Notes under the pieces: generated by a model | What the model saw: the letters and a program-made list of their open reading frames with translations, nothing else | Told to the model about the DNA's origin: nothing | The model's database searches: none | Part shown: in pieces, positions 30,283 to 39,390 of the stretch | How positions within the stretch are numbered: the stretch's first letter is position 1 | How the letters are laid out: every line of letters begins with the position of its first letter | Program-made: the position numbers and the translations under genes | From: Limisphaerales bacterium | GTDB taxonomy: Bacteria; Verrucomicrobiota; Verrucomicrobiia; Limisphaerales; CAZKNW01 | Direction: 5' to 3' | Length of the DNA: 64,000 nucleotides | Assembly (NCBI GenBank): GCA_965658675.1 | Contig: CBFHTT010000031.1 | Location: 51,320 to 115,319 of the forward strand

Positions 30283-30921
30283 ATGCAAGGACTGTGGACC
30301 AATGCCACCTCTCCGATAATCCTGCCCATTACGATGGTCATGGGCTTCTTGGCGCTTTATTGGATAATTTTCGCACTAGGATTTCTGTCCTTCGATACCG
30401 ACTTGGCCGAAGTCGATTTCGATGTTGACGCAGATTCCCATTCAGGTGTTTTGGGAGGGATATCTCACTACCTTCATATCGGCGAAATGCCGTTCATGAT
30501 TATCTTCTCGATTCTCACTTCCCTGTTCTGGCTGCTAAGCCTCTTGGCCACTCGCCTCTTCAACCCAGAAGGAGTTTTTGCTCTCGGGCTGGGACTAATG
30601 GCCGGATCGTTCTTCATCGCAGTTCTCGCTACGCACTACATCTCACTCCCCGTCAAGAAACTGTTCAGGGCACTCGACGTGGACGTCGACAAGGCTCCCG
30701 CAATGGTCGGCATAACTGCCACAGTAGTCACATCTAAGGTGACTTCGGATTTCGGTAGAGTCGAATACGTCCACAAGGGAGCCCCTCTTACGGTGGAGGC
30801 CCGTTCTGAATCGCTGCTCCAAAAGGGAGATCAGGCATTAATTTTGGAAATCATCGATAAGAAAAAGCGAATTTTCAAAGTAACTAAACAAGAAACAACT
30901 AAACTGGAGGAAGAATTATGA
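30283..30921 (+). CDS. NfeD/YqiJ-like membrane protein (flotillin partner): N-terminal TM helices plus C-terminal OB-fold-like beta domain.
   Basis: 212 aa. Four TM helices. C-terminal VGITATVVTSKVTSDFGRVEYVHKGAPLTVEARSESLLQKGDQALILEII resembles the NfeD short-form beta-barrel. Stop overlaps the flotillin start (ATGA at 30918). Confidence 0.6.
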   Translation: MQGLWTNATSPIILPITMVMGFLALYWIIFALGFLSFDTDLAEVDFDVDADSHSGVLGGISHYLHIGEMPFMIIFSILTSLFWLLSLLATRLFNPEGVFALGLGLMAGSFFIAVLATHYISLPVKKLFRALDVDVDKAPAMVGITATVVTSKVTSDFGRVEYVHKGAPLTVEARSESLLQKGDQALILEIIDKKKRIFKVTKQETTKLEEEL

Positions 30922-33083
30922 TCCAAGCATTTGCACCAGAATTGGGTGCTCTAATCGGATTCGGCATCGTCGGGTTTGTTATTATCCTATTCATCATTTC
31001 CCGATTCTATAGGAAGGTTGACCAAGGTGTCGCTTTGGTCAGAAATGGGTTCCAAGGGACCAAAGTCTATTTCACCGGCGCTGTCGCCTACCCGATTCTT
31101 CACAAAGTCGAGTTTATGGACATCTCCGTCCATAAGATTGAAATCTCACGCCGCGGTCCCGACGGATTGATCTGTAAGGACAACATGCGTGCGGACATCA
31201 CGGTCAACTTCTTCATCCGAGTCAACAAGGCAGAGGAGGATGTGAAGATGGTCGCCACCACCATTGGTTGTGAGCGTGCGTCTGACGTCAACGCCATCCG
31301 CGACCTCTTTGAAGCCAAATTCTCTGAGGGCCTGAAGACCGTTGGACGTCAATTTGACTTTGTGGAGCTCTACGATTCACGCGATCAATTCCGCGAGCAG
31401 ATTCTCAAGATCATTGGCACCGATCTGAATGGCTACGTGCTGGATGACGCCGCCATTGACTTCCTCGAGCAGACCCGCGTCGAAGACCTCAATCCAAACA
31501 ACATCCTTGATGCAGAAGGTATCAAGAAGATCACAGACCTCACTGCCGTTCAGGCCAAGCTCGCCAACCAGATCACCCGCGATAAGGAAAAGGTGATCAA
31601 GAAGCAGGACGTGGAGGCAAAGGAAGCCATCCTAGAACTTGAAAAACAGCAGGCTGAAGCCGAACAGAAACAGACCCGCGAGATTGCTACCATCACCGCC
31701 CGTGAAGTAGCCGAAGCACAGAAGGTCGAACATGAACAACGCCTCAAATCTGAGCAGGCTCGAATCAATTCCGACGAGGAACTCCAGATCGCTGAAGAGA
31801 ACAAGAACCGTCAGGTCATTGTTGCAGCCAAGAACAAAGAACGGACCGAAGCGGTCGAAACCGAGCGTGTTGAGAAAGATCGCCTGCTCGAAGTAACGGA
31901 GCGCGAGCGCATCGTCACTCTGGCCCAGATCGAGAAAGAGAAGGCAGTCGAGGTCGAACAGAAGAAGATTCAAGACGTCATTCGCGAGCGTGTCATGGTC
32001 GAGAAGTCCGTGGTCGAAGAGAAAGAGAAGATCAAGGATACCGAGGCCTTTGCTGCAGCCGATCGTCAGAAGAAGGTCGTTGTCACCGAAGCCGAAATGA
32101 AGGCGGAAGAGAACCTCGTTCAAGAGATCAAGGCAGCAGAAGCAGCCAAGAAGGCAGAAGAGCTCAAGGCAGACAGAGAAGCCTACACCGTCGTCAAGTC
32201 GGCAGAAGCCAAGAAGACTGCCGCAGAGCGCGAAGCAGAAGAGATCGTCATCAAGGCCGATGCATCACAAGAAGCAGCAGAGCGCGATGCCGCTGCCAAG
32301 AAGATGCTCGCCGAAGGAACCGTGGCCGAGACCGCAGCTCCTGGTCTGGGCGAAGCACAGATCATCGAAGCCAAGGCCGCAGCAGCAGAGAAAGAAGGTA
32401 CTGCAGAAGCCAAGGTCATGGAACTGAAGTTCGGAGCCGAGGCCAAGGGCACCGAGCAGAAGATGACTGCCGAAGCCACAGGAACAGAGAAGCAACTCAC
32501 CGCCGAAGCAGTGGGTGCCGAACGCAAGTTCGCAGCCGATGCGAAGGGTATCACCGAGAAGGCGGAAGCCATGAAGATCTTCGATGGTGTCGGTCGCGAG
32601 CACGAAGAGTTCAAGTTGCGCCTCAACAAGGACAAGGAAGTCGAACTGGCCTCCATCAATATCCAGAAGGATGTCGCAGGACATCAGGCAGAGGTCCTCG
32701 GCGAAGCACTCAAGAATGCCAAGGTCGACATCGTCGGCGGCGACATTCAGTTCTTCGACAAGATCGTCAATGCCATCACTACTGGTAAGGCAGTCGATCG
32801 CACTGTGAAGAACAGCGATACGCTCACGGACATCAAGGAAACCTTCTTCAACTCGGATCCGGATTACTTCCGCGAGCAGATGAACAAGTTCCTGAACCAG
32901 TTCGGATTCTCTTCCGAGGATGTGAAGAACCTCTCCATCGCTTCTGCCCTGGGCAAGATGATCCAAGGCAGTTCCGGTGAGAACAAGGCAACACTGCAGC
33001 GCATGCTCTCCGTCGCTGAGAATCTGGGCCTCCAGGATCAGTCTGTTTCCAACGTCCTCACTTCAGGTATCAGCAACTCCTGA
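30918..33083 (+). CDS. Flotillin-like SPFH/Band-7 protein (YqiK/FloT family) with long Glu/Ala/Lys-rich coiled-coil repeat region.
   Basis: 721 aa. N-terminal membrane hairpin IGFGIVGFVIILFIISRFY. SPFH core VALVRNGFQGTKVYFTGAVAYPILHKVEFMDISV. About 350 aa of EA-rich helix with 11-residue repeats. Confidence 0.85.
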   Translation: MIQAFAPELGALIGFGIVGFVIILFIISRFYRKVDQGVALVRNGFQGTKVYFTGAVAYPILHKVEFMDISVHKIEISRRGPDGLICKDNMRADITVNFFIRVNKAEEDVKMVATTIGCERASDVNAIRDLFEAKFSEGLKTVGRQFDFVELYDSRDQFREQILKIIGTDLNGYVLDDAAIDFLEQTRVEDLNPNNILDAEGIKKITDLTAVQAKLANQITRDKEKVIKKQDVEAKEAILELEKQQAEAEQKQTREIATITAREVAEAQKVEHEQRLKSEQARINSDEELQIAEENKNRQVIVAAKNKERTEAVETERVEKDRLLEVTERERIVTLAQIEKEKAVEVEQKKIQDVIRERVMVEKSVVEEKEKIKDTEAFAAADRQKKVVVTEAEMKAEENLVQEIKAAEAAKKAEELKADREAYTVVKSAEAKKTAAEREAEEIVIKADASQEAAERDAAAKKMLAEGTVAETAAPGLGEAQIIEAKAAAAEKEGTAEAKVMELKFGAEAKGTEQKMTAEATGTEKQLTAEAVGAERKFAADAKGITEKAEAMKIFDGVGREHEEFKLRLNKDKEVELASINIQKDVAGHQAEVLGEALKNAKVDIVGGDIQFFDKIVNAITTGKAVDRTVKNSDTLTDIKETFFNSDPDYFREQMNKFLNQFGFSSEDVKNLSIASALGKMIQGSSGENKATLQRMLSVAENLGLQDQSVSNVLTSGISNS
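32430..32570 (+). repeat. In-frame tandem 33-nt (11-aa) repeats inside the flotillin coiled-coil (AEAKGTEQKMT / AEATGTEKQLT / AEAVGAERKFA / ADAKGITEKAE).
   Basis: Direct reading of the protein sequence. Four consecutive 11-residue units. Confidence 0.6.
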
Positions 33084-33166
33084 TAGGTCACCCTGTCAAT
33101 CACCGGGGGACTCCAGCCGGAGTCCCCTGCCCTTTCATAGGGAATTCGTGAAACGTCATACAGACC

Positions 33167-36100
33167 ATGTCTGAAGAGGAAACAGAGATTCAGGAAGAAG
33201 AGCAGAGCCCGGATCAGCCCAAGCTTGAGGGGGGTGCCTATGAGATCATCCGTAGCAGGCTGAACTCTCGGGCCTCCGATCTTCGCGATCGACTGGATCA
33301 GCTCAACACGGCACGCAAGGAGGTCTTTGGAGCCATCCCTACTGCCCTGATTGCCACAGAGCGAGTCACCACGGCGAACAATTGCGTACCTCGCGATATG
33401 GTAGCCATCGGCGGCGGCGATTTCCTCTTTGCATACAATGTCCAATTCGGACTGAAGAACGAGATAGATGTCTCTGATGTCCTCGGAGGATATACCTTCA
33501 ATCGGGAAGACAGGACTTTTGCAGAAACGGATCTCCCCTTCCTCAAGGACGACATCTTCGTCAACGATTTCAAGCAGCTCTACAAGTATTACAAAAAGAC
33601 CATCTTTGCGAAGTTTTCATGGATCGGGCCTCACTTGTTCATGGTCTTTCGGATCGGAGATTCCGTAACAGACATCAAGACATTCAAGTGGCTCAAGCGC
33701 GGCGACGAAATGATCTACGAGGGAAACCGAAGCGATCACGAATTCGTCTACCCCACCCAGCATGAGTTTGAATGGAAACGCACACATCGCGACCTGCACA
33801 GGAGTGGTTTACATCCACACATCTCCATCGAAAACCGCGTGTACGTGGAGACTGTCGGCGGAGATCTGACCATCAAGGTCGAGGACAATACTGAGTCCGG
33901 TCACGGGATCTATTCTGAGCCCGTTGAGCAGGAGGATCAGACACTCGATGATGCAGAGATTTTTTACGCCAGTCTTGGCAATCTGATTCTTCTCAAGATA
34001 CGTCCCTATCAGGAGAACGAATGGCGTCATTTCGTCTACAATGAGAAGCTTCAACAAGTCCGGCGAATCGATGCGATGGAGGAATCATGTATCCTCCTGC
34101 CTGACGATCAGGGCATCATCTTCTCTACAGGTTATTATCTTCAGCTTGGTGAGTATAAGGAATTCCCCTCTGAACTGAGCAACATGATGTTTGAGCGCCG
34201 CATTCAGGCGCCAAACGGCGAGGACTTTCTCTACGTTTTCTACAACCGCAAGTCCGGCACCTATGTGTTGATGTCCTACAACATCATTGAGCAGCGGGTG
34301 GAGTCTCCGATCACCTGCAACGGCTTCAGCACCTTTGCCAATGGAGAACTCGCCTACTTCAAGGCTCAGGACGATCCACAGAAACACCACGTCATCCAAA
34401 TCTGGCAAACTCCCTACGTGGATGGCGACCTCCCCATCACCGAGAAAAGTGATTCAAAGCTATTCAAGATCGGCAACCCTTCCATTGTCCGATGCATGGC
34501 AGAGTGTCAGGAGATTCTGACGCTGCTGGGAAAAGAGGATTCCTACGCCGGTCTTTATATTGATCTGGTAAAGGATTCCGCATCCGTCGTGGATGCCTAC
34601 TTCTGGATCGGCGACGAAGAGACCTTTGACCTGAAGACGCCTCTCGTTTCCATCAAGGAAGCGGCCGCCAGCGCAATCGATGAATTCGACAAGGTTACCC
34701 GCCTCAAGAAAAACGCGGTCCAAGAACTTCAACGCATCGGAGGAGAAGCAGAGAAGCTCATCACCGAGGCATCCTTTGGACAGATAAGTGACATCAATGA
34801 GTTCGTCAATCGGCTCTCAGGCCTGAGAACAATTAGGGGCGAACTGATCTCACTGAAGGATGTCCGCTACATGGATGTCCCCGCCGTCGATTCCTTGGAA
34901 GAGCGCGTCGCGGAAGTCACAGAGTCCCTTTCTCAAAAGTGCGTCGAATACCTCCTCAAACCAGAAGCACTAGATCCCTACAAGGCGAAGGTGGATGGTC
35001 ACTCAGGCGATGTTGAAAAACTCACAAAAGTAACCGAAGCAAAGCCGCTGGCTGAACAGATCGCCGCCACTGCAAGTGAACTGGAGATGCTCATTGAGAT
35101 CGTCAGCAATCTAAAGATCGAGGACGCCACCCAGACCACACGGATCATCGACAGCATTTCCGAGATCTATGCTCCACTAAATCAGATCAAGGCAGCTCTC
35201 AAGCGTCGCAAATTGGATCTGCAGAAGACAGAGGGCGCAGCCCAATTTGCTGCTCAGCTTCGCCTGCTCGATCAGTCAGTGGTCAATTTCCTCGAAATCT
35301 CCGACACACCAGAAAAGTGTGAAGAGTATCTGAACAAGGTCATGATTCAGATCGAGGAACTTGAAGGTCGTTTCTCAGATTTTGACGATTACGTCCTACA
35401 ACTTTCCGAAAAGCGCGATGAACTCTACACCGCGTTTGAGAACAGAAAACTGGCACTCGTCGAAGCCAGGAACCGCCGAGCGTCCACCCTCTTTTCCTCA
35501 GCCGAGCGAATCCTCAAGGGAATCAAGCATCGCGTGGAGAATCTGGGTTCCATCAATGACATCAATGGCTACTACGCCTCCGATCTCATGGTGGACAAGG
35601 TCCGGGACATCATCACTCAGCTTGAGGAGATTGATGACTCGGTCAAAGCAGGCGACATCCAGAGCCAGCTCAAGACCATTCGTGAAGATGCCGTCCGTCA
35701 GCTGAAGGACCGCTCCGATTTGTTTGTTGATGGCAAAAACATCATTCAGTTCGGTAAACACAAATTCTCCGTCAACACACAGGAACTGGAACTCTCCATC
35801 GTTCTCAAGGACGACGAAATGTATTTCCACCTGGCGGGAACCGGTTTCTTCGAGAAGATCGAGGACTCAGAGTTCATCGCGACAAGAGGTGTTTGGAATC
35901 AGGAAGTCCCCAGTGAAACACCAGAGGTTTACAGAGCCGAATATCTGGCATGGTCTCTCCTAAACGACGCTGAAGCAGGACTCGAATTGAAGGATGCAGA
36001 GTCTGACTCTCCTGCCCTTCATATCAGAGATCTTGCAACCAAATCCGATGAGGAGCTGCTAAAGGTCGTGCAGGCCTACATGGCACCGCGTTATGCGGAA

Positions 36101-38542
36101 GGTTACGTCAAAGGTGTCCATGACCACGACGCCAGCAGCATTCTCAGAGAACTGGTGAACATGCATGGATCCATCGGTCTGTTGAGATTCCATACTCAAG
36201 CCCGCGCCTGCGCATCTGTCTTCTGGAAGACCTGTGATGACGAGATCATCCAGGCAAAACTCCAGTCATTCAGCGTCCGCAACCAACTCTTTCCCGGACA
36301 GCCCACACAGGAGGAATACATTGCGGAACTCCAGTCACTCATCCGAGATTTCTGCGAACAGACCAAACTCTTCCCCTCTCATCTTGCCGACGAAGCCGGA
36401 GAATATCTTTTCTACGATCTGACAAAGGAGCCCGGCCGCAAACACTTGGTGGTCAGTCCACAGGCTGCTGCCCTTCACAAGGCTTTCGACCTTCACCTCA
36501 AGACGAAACACTTTGCGAAGAAGCTCGAAGATGCACGCAAGGTGATCAGCTCCAACACCATTGCAGAGTTCAGTCTCTTAAGGGATTGGTTGACCGCCTT
36601 TCTGAATCAGTACAAGCCAGACGAAGGCCATCCGGCACTGGACGCCGCCTACATCGATGAAGCCTGTGCCATTCTCCTTCGAGGCCTGCTGGATCATCTG
36701 GACATCATCAATGCATCCGTCGAGACCAAGATCGAGAAGCTCTCCGGTAATCACGCGAGAATGGAAGATGGTTCCCTGCTACTGAATTACAACGAGTTGA
36801 TGTCTCGGCTACAGGAACATCAGCGAGAGAACGTCCCCCTCTTCCATCGCTACCACGAGCTTAAGAGTCATCTGATCGAGACCAAACGCAAGGACCTCAG
36901 GCTGCATGAATTTGAGCCGCGCGTACTATCCAGTTTCGTCCGCAACCAACTGATCAACGAAGTCTATCTGCCCATCGTGGGTGACAACCTCGCCAAGCAG
37001 ATGGGCGTGGTGGGTGAAGACACCCGGACCGACCGCATGGGACTGCTGCTCCTGATCTCCCCTCCTGGTTACGGTAAGACGACTCTGATGGAGTATATCG
37101 CCAATCGTCTCGGTCTGATCTTCATGAAGGTCAATGGTCCAGCAATCGGCCACAGCGTCACCAGTCTTGATCCTTCAGAAGCACCAAATGCGAGTGCACG
37201 GGAGGAAATGGAGAAACTCAATCTGGCATTGGAGATGGGTGACAATGTCATGCTCTATCTGGATGACATCCAACACACTCATCCCGAACTCCTGCAAAAA
37301 TTCATTTCACTCTGTGATGCTCAGAGAAAGATCGAGGGTGTCTACAAGGGGGAAGCCAAGACATACGACCTACGCGGCCGCAAAGTCTCTGTAGTCATGG
37401 CTGGTAATCCCTACACCGAATCTGGTGACAAATTCCAGATCCCAGACATGTTGGCCAACCGTGCCGACACCTACAACTTGGGTGATATCATTGGCGACAC
37501 TCGCACGGCTTTTGAGACCAGTTATCTGGAAAACTCACTCACATCCAACCCTGTGTTGAGCAAGCTCAGCAGCCGTAGCCAAAAGGACGTCTACGCCATC
37601 ATCAAGATCGCAGAGAGAGGTTCGCGTGAGAACGTTGATTTCGAAGGCTCCTACTCCCCGGAAGAGATCAACGAGATGGTCGACGTCATGAAGAAGCTCA
37701 TGAAGGTGCGCGACACCGTCCTACGGGTAAATCTCGAATACATCGCATCTGCAGCTCAGGCAGAGGAATACCGGACCGAGCCACCGTTCAAGATGCAGGG
37801 TTCCTATCGTAACATGAATCGCATGGCCGAGAAGATACTCCCAATCATGAACGATGCGGAGGTCGAGGCACTGATCAACGATCACTACAAGAACGAAGCA
37901 CAAACCCTGACGACCGGCGCTGAGTCCAATCTCCTCAAATTTCAGGAAATACGCGGCACACTTGCGGGTGAAGACGCCGATCGTTGGGTGGAGATCAAGA
38001 AGACCTTCAAGAAGAACCTCCTGCTACAGGGAGCTGACGGAAACGATCCCGTATCACGAGTCGTCGCCCAGTTGGCTACATTCACTGCCGGACTGGATGC
38101 CATCCAGACCACTATCGCAGCCGTGAGCAAGGAGAAGAACGCACCTGAATCCAGCCCTGAGCTCATTCAAGCCGTTGAGGAAATCAGCTCCGTCGGAGGA
38201 GCGCTCCAATCAATTGAAAACGCCATTCGTCAGGCTCTTGAAAACACACCAAAGGAATCCGCCCCATCCATCGACCTCACTCCGTTAAGCAATCACCTGA
38301 ACACCTTTGGCAAATCACTCGATGGAATCCAGAAAGCGCTTCATACAAACGCAGACGAATCATCGTCAAAAGGAGAGCTTAGAGTCATCGATGAAGCCAA
38401 CGAAGTCAGCGACTACCAGATCGCCAACATCTCCCGCAGCACCCTGAAACGGATCTGGGAAATCATCGCCACAGAACGTGAACGGGAAGCAAAGAAAAAG
38501 GGGACAGTCCCACCGGAACTGCCCCCTGAAAAATCTGAGTAA
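33167..38542 (+). CDS. Giant (1791 aa) protein with a MoxR-type AAA+ ATPase module near the C-terminus. The N-terminal 400 aa are beta-strand rich and the middle 800 aa helical.
   Basis: Single uninterrupted ORF. Walker A LLLISPPGYGKTTLMEY (about residue 1298). Walker B VMLYLDDIQH. MoxR-like sensor region VVMAGNPYTESGDKFQIPDMLANRAD (compare ATQNP.E.G...LP.A.LDRF). No TM segments. 84 nt downstream of flotillin on the same strand. Confidence 0.8.
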   Translation: MSEEETEIQEEEQSPDQPKLEGGAYEIIRSRLNSRASDLRDRLDQLNTARKEVFGAIPTALIATERVTTANNCVPRDMVAIGGGDFLFAYNVQFGLKNEIDVSDVLGGYTFNREDRTFAETDLPFLKDDIFVNDFKQLYKYYKKTIFAKFSWIGPHLFMVFRIGDSVTDIKTFKWLKRGDEMIYEGNRSDHEFVYPTQHEFEWKRTHRDLHRSGLHPHISIENRVYVETVGGDLTIKVEDNTESGHGIYSEPVEQEDQTLDDAEIFYASLGNLILLKIRPYQENEWRHFVYNEKLQQVRRIDAMEESCILLPDDQGIIFSTGYYLQLGEYKEFPSELSNMMFERRIQAPNGEDFLYVFYNRKSGTYVLMSYNIIEQRVESPITCNGFSTFANGELAYFKAQDDPQKHHVIQIWQTPYVDGDLPITEKSDSKLFKIGNPSIVRCMAECQEILTLLGKEDSYAGLYIDLVKDSASVVDAYFWIGDEETFDLKTPLVSIKEAAASAIDEFDKVTRLKKNAVQELQRIGGEAEKLITEASFGQISDINEFVNRLSGLRTIRGELISLKDVRYMDVPAVDSLEERVAEVTESLSQKCVEYLLKPEALDPYKAKVDGHSGDVEKLTKVTEAKPLAEQIAATASELEMLIEIVSNLKIEDATQTTRIIDSISEIYAPLNQIKAALKRRKLDLQKTEGAAQFAAQLRLLDQSVVNFLEISDTPEKCEEYLNKVMIQIEELEGRFSDFDDYVLQLSEKRDELYTAFENRKLALVEARNRRASTLFSSAERILKGIKHRVENLGSINDINGYYASDLMVDKVRDIITQLEEIDDSVKAGDIQSQLKTIREDAVRQLKDRSDLFVDGKNIIQFGKHKFSVNTQELELSIVLKDDEMYFHLAGTGFFEKIEDSEFIATRGVWNQEVPSETPEVYRAEYLAWSLLNDAEAGLELKDAESDSPALHIRDLATKSDEELLKVVQAYMAPRYAEGYVKGVHDHDASSILRELVNMHGSIGLLRFHTQARACASVFWKTCDDEIIQAKLQSFSVRNQLFPGQPTQEEYIAELQSLIRDFCEQTKLFPSHLADEAGEYLFYDLTKEPGRKHLVVSPQAAALHKAFDLHLKTKHFAKKLEDARKVISSNTIAEFSLLRDWLTAFLNQYKPDEGHPALDAAYIDEACAILLRGLLDHLDIINASVETKIEKLSGNHARMEDGSLLLNYNELMSRLQEHQRENVPLFHRYHELKSHLIETKRKDLRLHEFEPRVLSSFVRNQLINEVYLPIVGDNLAKQMGVVGEDTRTDRMGLLLLISPPGYGKTTLMEYIANRLGLIFMKVNGPAIGHSVTSLDPSEAPNASAREEMEKLNLALEMGDNVMLYLDDIQHTHPELLQKFISLCDAQRKIEGVYKGEAKTYDLRGRKVSVVMAGNPYTESGDKFQIPDMLANRADTYNLGDIIGDTRTAFETSYLENSLTSNPVLSKLSSRSQKDVYAIIKIAERGSRENVDFEGSYSPEEINEMVDVMKKLMKVRDTVLRVNLEYIASAAQAEEYRTEPPFKMQGSYRNMNRMAEKILPIMNDAEVEALINDHYKNEAQTLTTGAESNLLKFQEIRGTLAGEDADRWVEIKKTFKKNLLLQGADGNDPVSRVVAQLATFTAGLDAIQTTIAAVSKEKNAPESSPELIQAVEEISSVGGALQSIENAIRQALENTPKESAPSIDLTPLSNHLNTFGKSLDGIQKALHTNADESSSKGELRVIDEANEVSDYQIANISRSTLKRIWEIIATEREREAKKKGTVPPELPPEKSE

Positions 38543-38551
38543 CCGAAAGCG

Positions 38552-39070
38552 TCAAGCAGCTGTGTTGACGTTGACGACGTCGCGATGGGAAGCGTTGCTT
38601 CCATTGACGTGATCGCCATTCATCTTGATGGCTTTGCCCGGCGTCGTTGCCATTTGCAACACCCTCAATGCTGCTGCCAAATCCTCTGAACTCAGCTCAG
38701 CCTCGTGGTCAGTGACGTAGGCTTCTAGAGCATTCTCAATAGAACCATTGAAATAGGTTTTCAGCACCCTACGGAGTGCCGACCGTCCAGCACGTTTGCG
38801 CTGACGGCACGAAAAATAGAGAAATTCCCTGCCCTTCTGTTTGTGTTTGATGTGCCCTTTCTCCTCCATGATACGCATGAGCGTCCTGACAGAGGTTCTG
38901 GACGGAGGATCTTCAATGCGCTCGAGCACATCGTTCACCGTGGCTTCGCCCAATTCGAAGATGGCATCCATGATTTGTCGCTCCCTACGACTGAAATTGC
39001 TCGTCTCTTCCATAACTTCAATTGCTGATAGATTTACACTTTGTTGCGTTCGATCCGAACACCAACCCAC
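38552..39070 (-). CDS. BlaI/MecI/CopY-family transcriptional repressor. Likely start MEETSNFS near 39010.
   Basis: LSRRERQIMDAIFELGEATVNDVLERI winged-helix N-terminus typical of the penicillinase-repressor family. No BlaR1-type M56 sensor gene adjacent. Confidence 0.7.
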   Translation of the reverse strand: MGWCSDRTQQSVNLSAIEVMEETSNFSRRERQIMDAIFELGEATVNDVLERIEDPPSRTSVRTLMRIMEEKGHIKHKQKGREFLYFSCRQRKRAGRSALRRVLKTYFNGSIENALEAYVTDHEAELSSEDLAAALRVLQMATTPGKAIKMNGDHVNGSNASHRDVVNVNTAA

Positions 39071-39384
39071 TGCGTCTGCGGGATGATGAACTTCTTAATT
39101 TCGACTGCTGCAAAAATCGCGCCAAATTCGACAATTCCCTTTTGTGCAATTTCTACCGCCACAGTTTCAAGCAACTTCCAACGACTATTCTGAAACATTG
39201 CTCTTACCGAACGGCAAAATCCGTCGTAATCAATGGTATGAGAAAGGTCATCTGAAGCGGCTGCTTCAGAAAAATCAGTCCCTAATTCCACACTGACAAG
39301 AAGCTTTTGCGGCTTGGCGCGCTCTTCATCAGGCACACCAATCCTTGCCCAAACCTCCAGATCAGTTATTACGATTTTGTCCAT
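39034..39384 (-). CDS. folB: Dihydroneopterin aldolase.
   Basis: 116 aa. ITDLEVWARIGVPDEERAKPQKL...TIDYDGFC matches the FolB fold signature. Confidence 0.75.
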   Translation of the reverse strand: MDKIVITDLEVWARIGVPDEERAKPQKLLVSVELGTDFSEAAASDDLSHTIDYDGFCRSVRAMFQNSRWKLLETVAVEIAQKGIVEFGAIFAAVEIKKFIIPQTQWVGVRIERNKV

Positions 39385-39390
39385 AATGGG

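Noticed and set aside
31632-32966. Long antisense ORFs (163, 158 and 233 aa) inside the flotillin gene.
   Set aside because: They lie in the low-complexity GAA/GCA-rich repeat region, where reverse frames stay open by composition, and show no motifs. The sense-strand flotillin is strongly supported.
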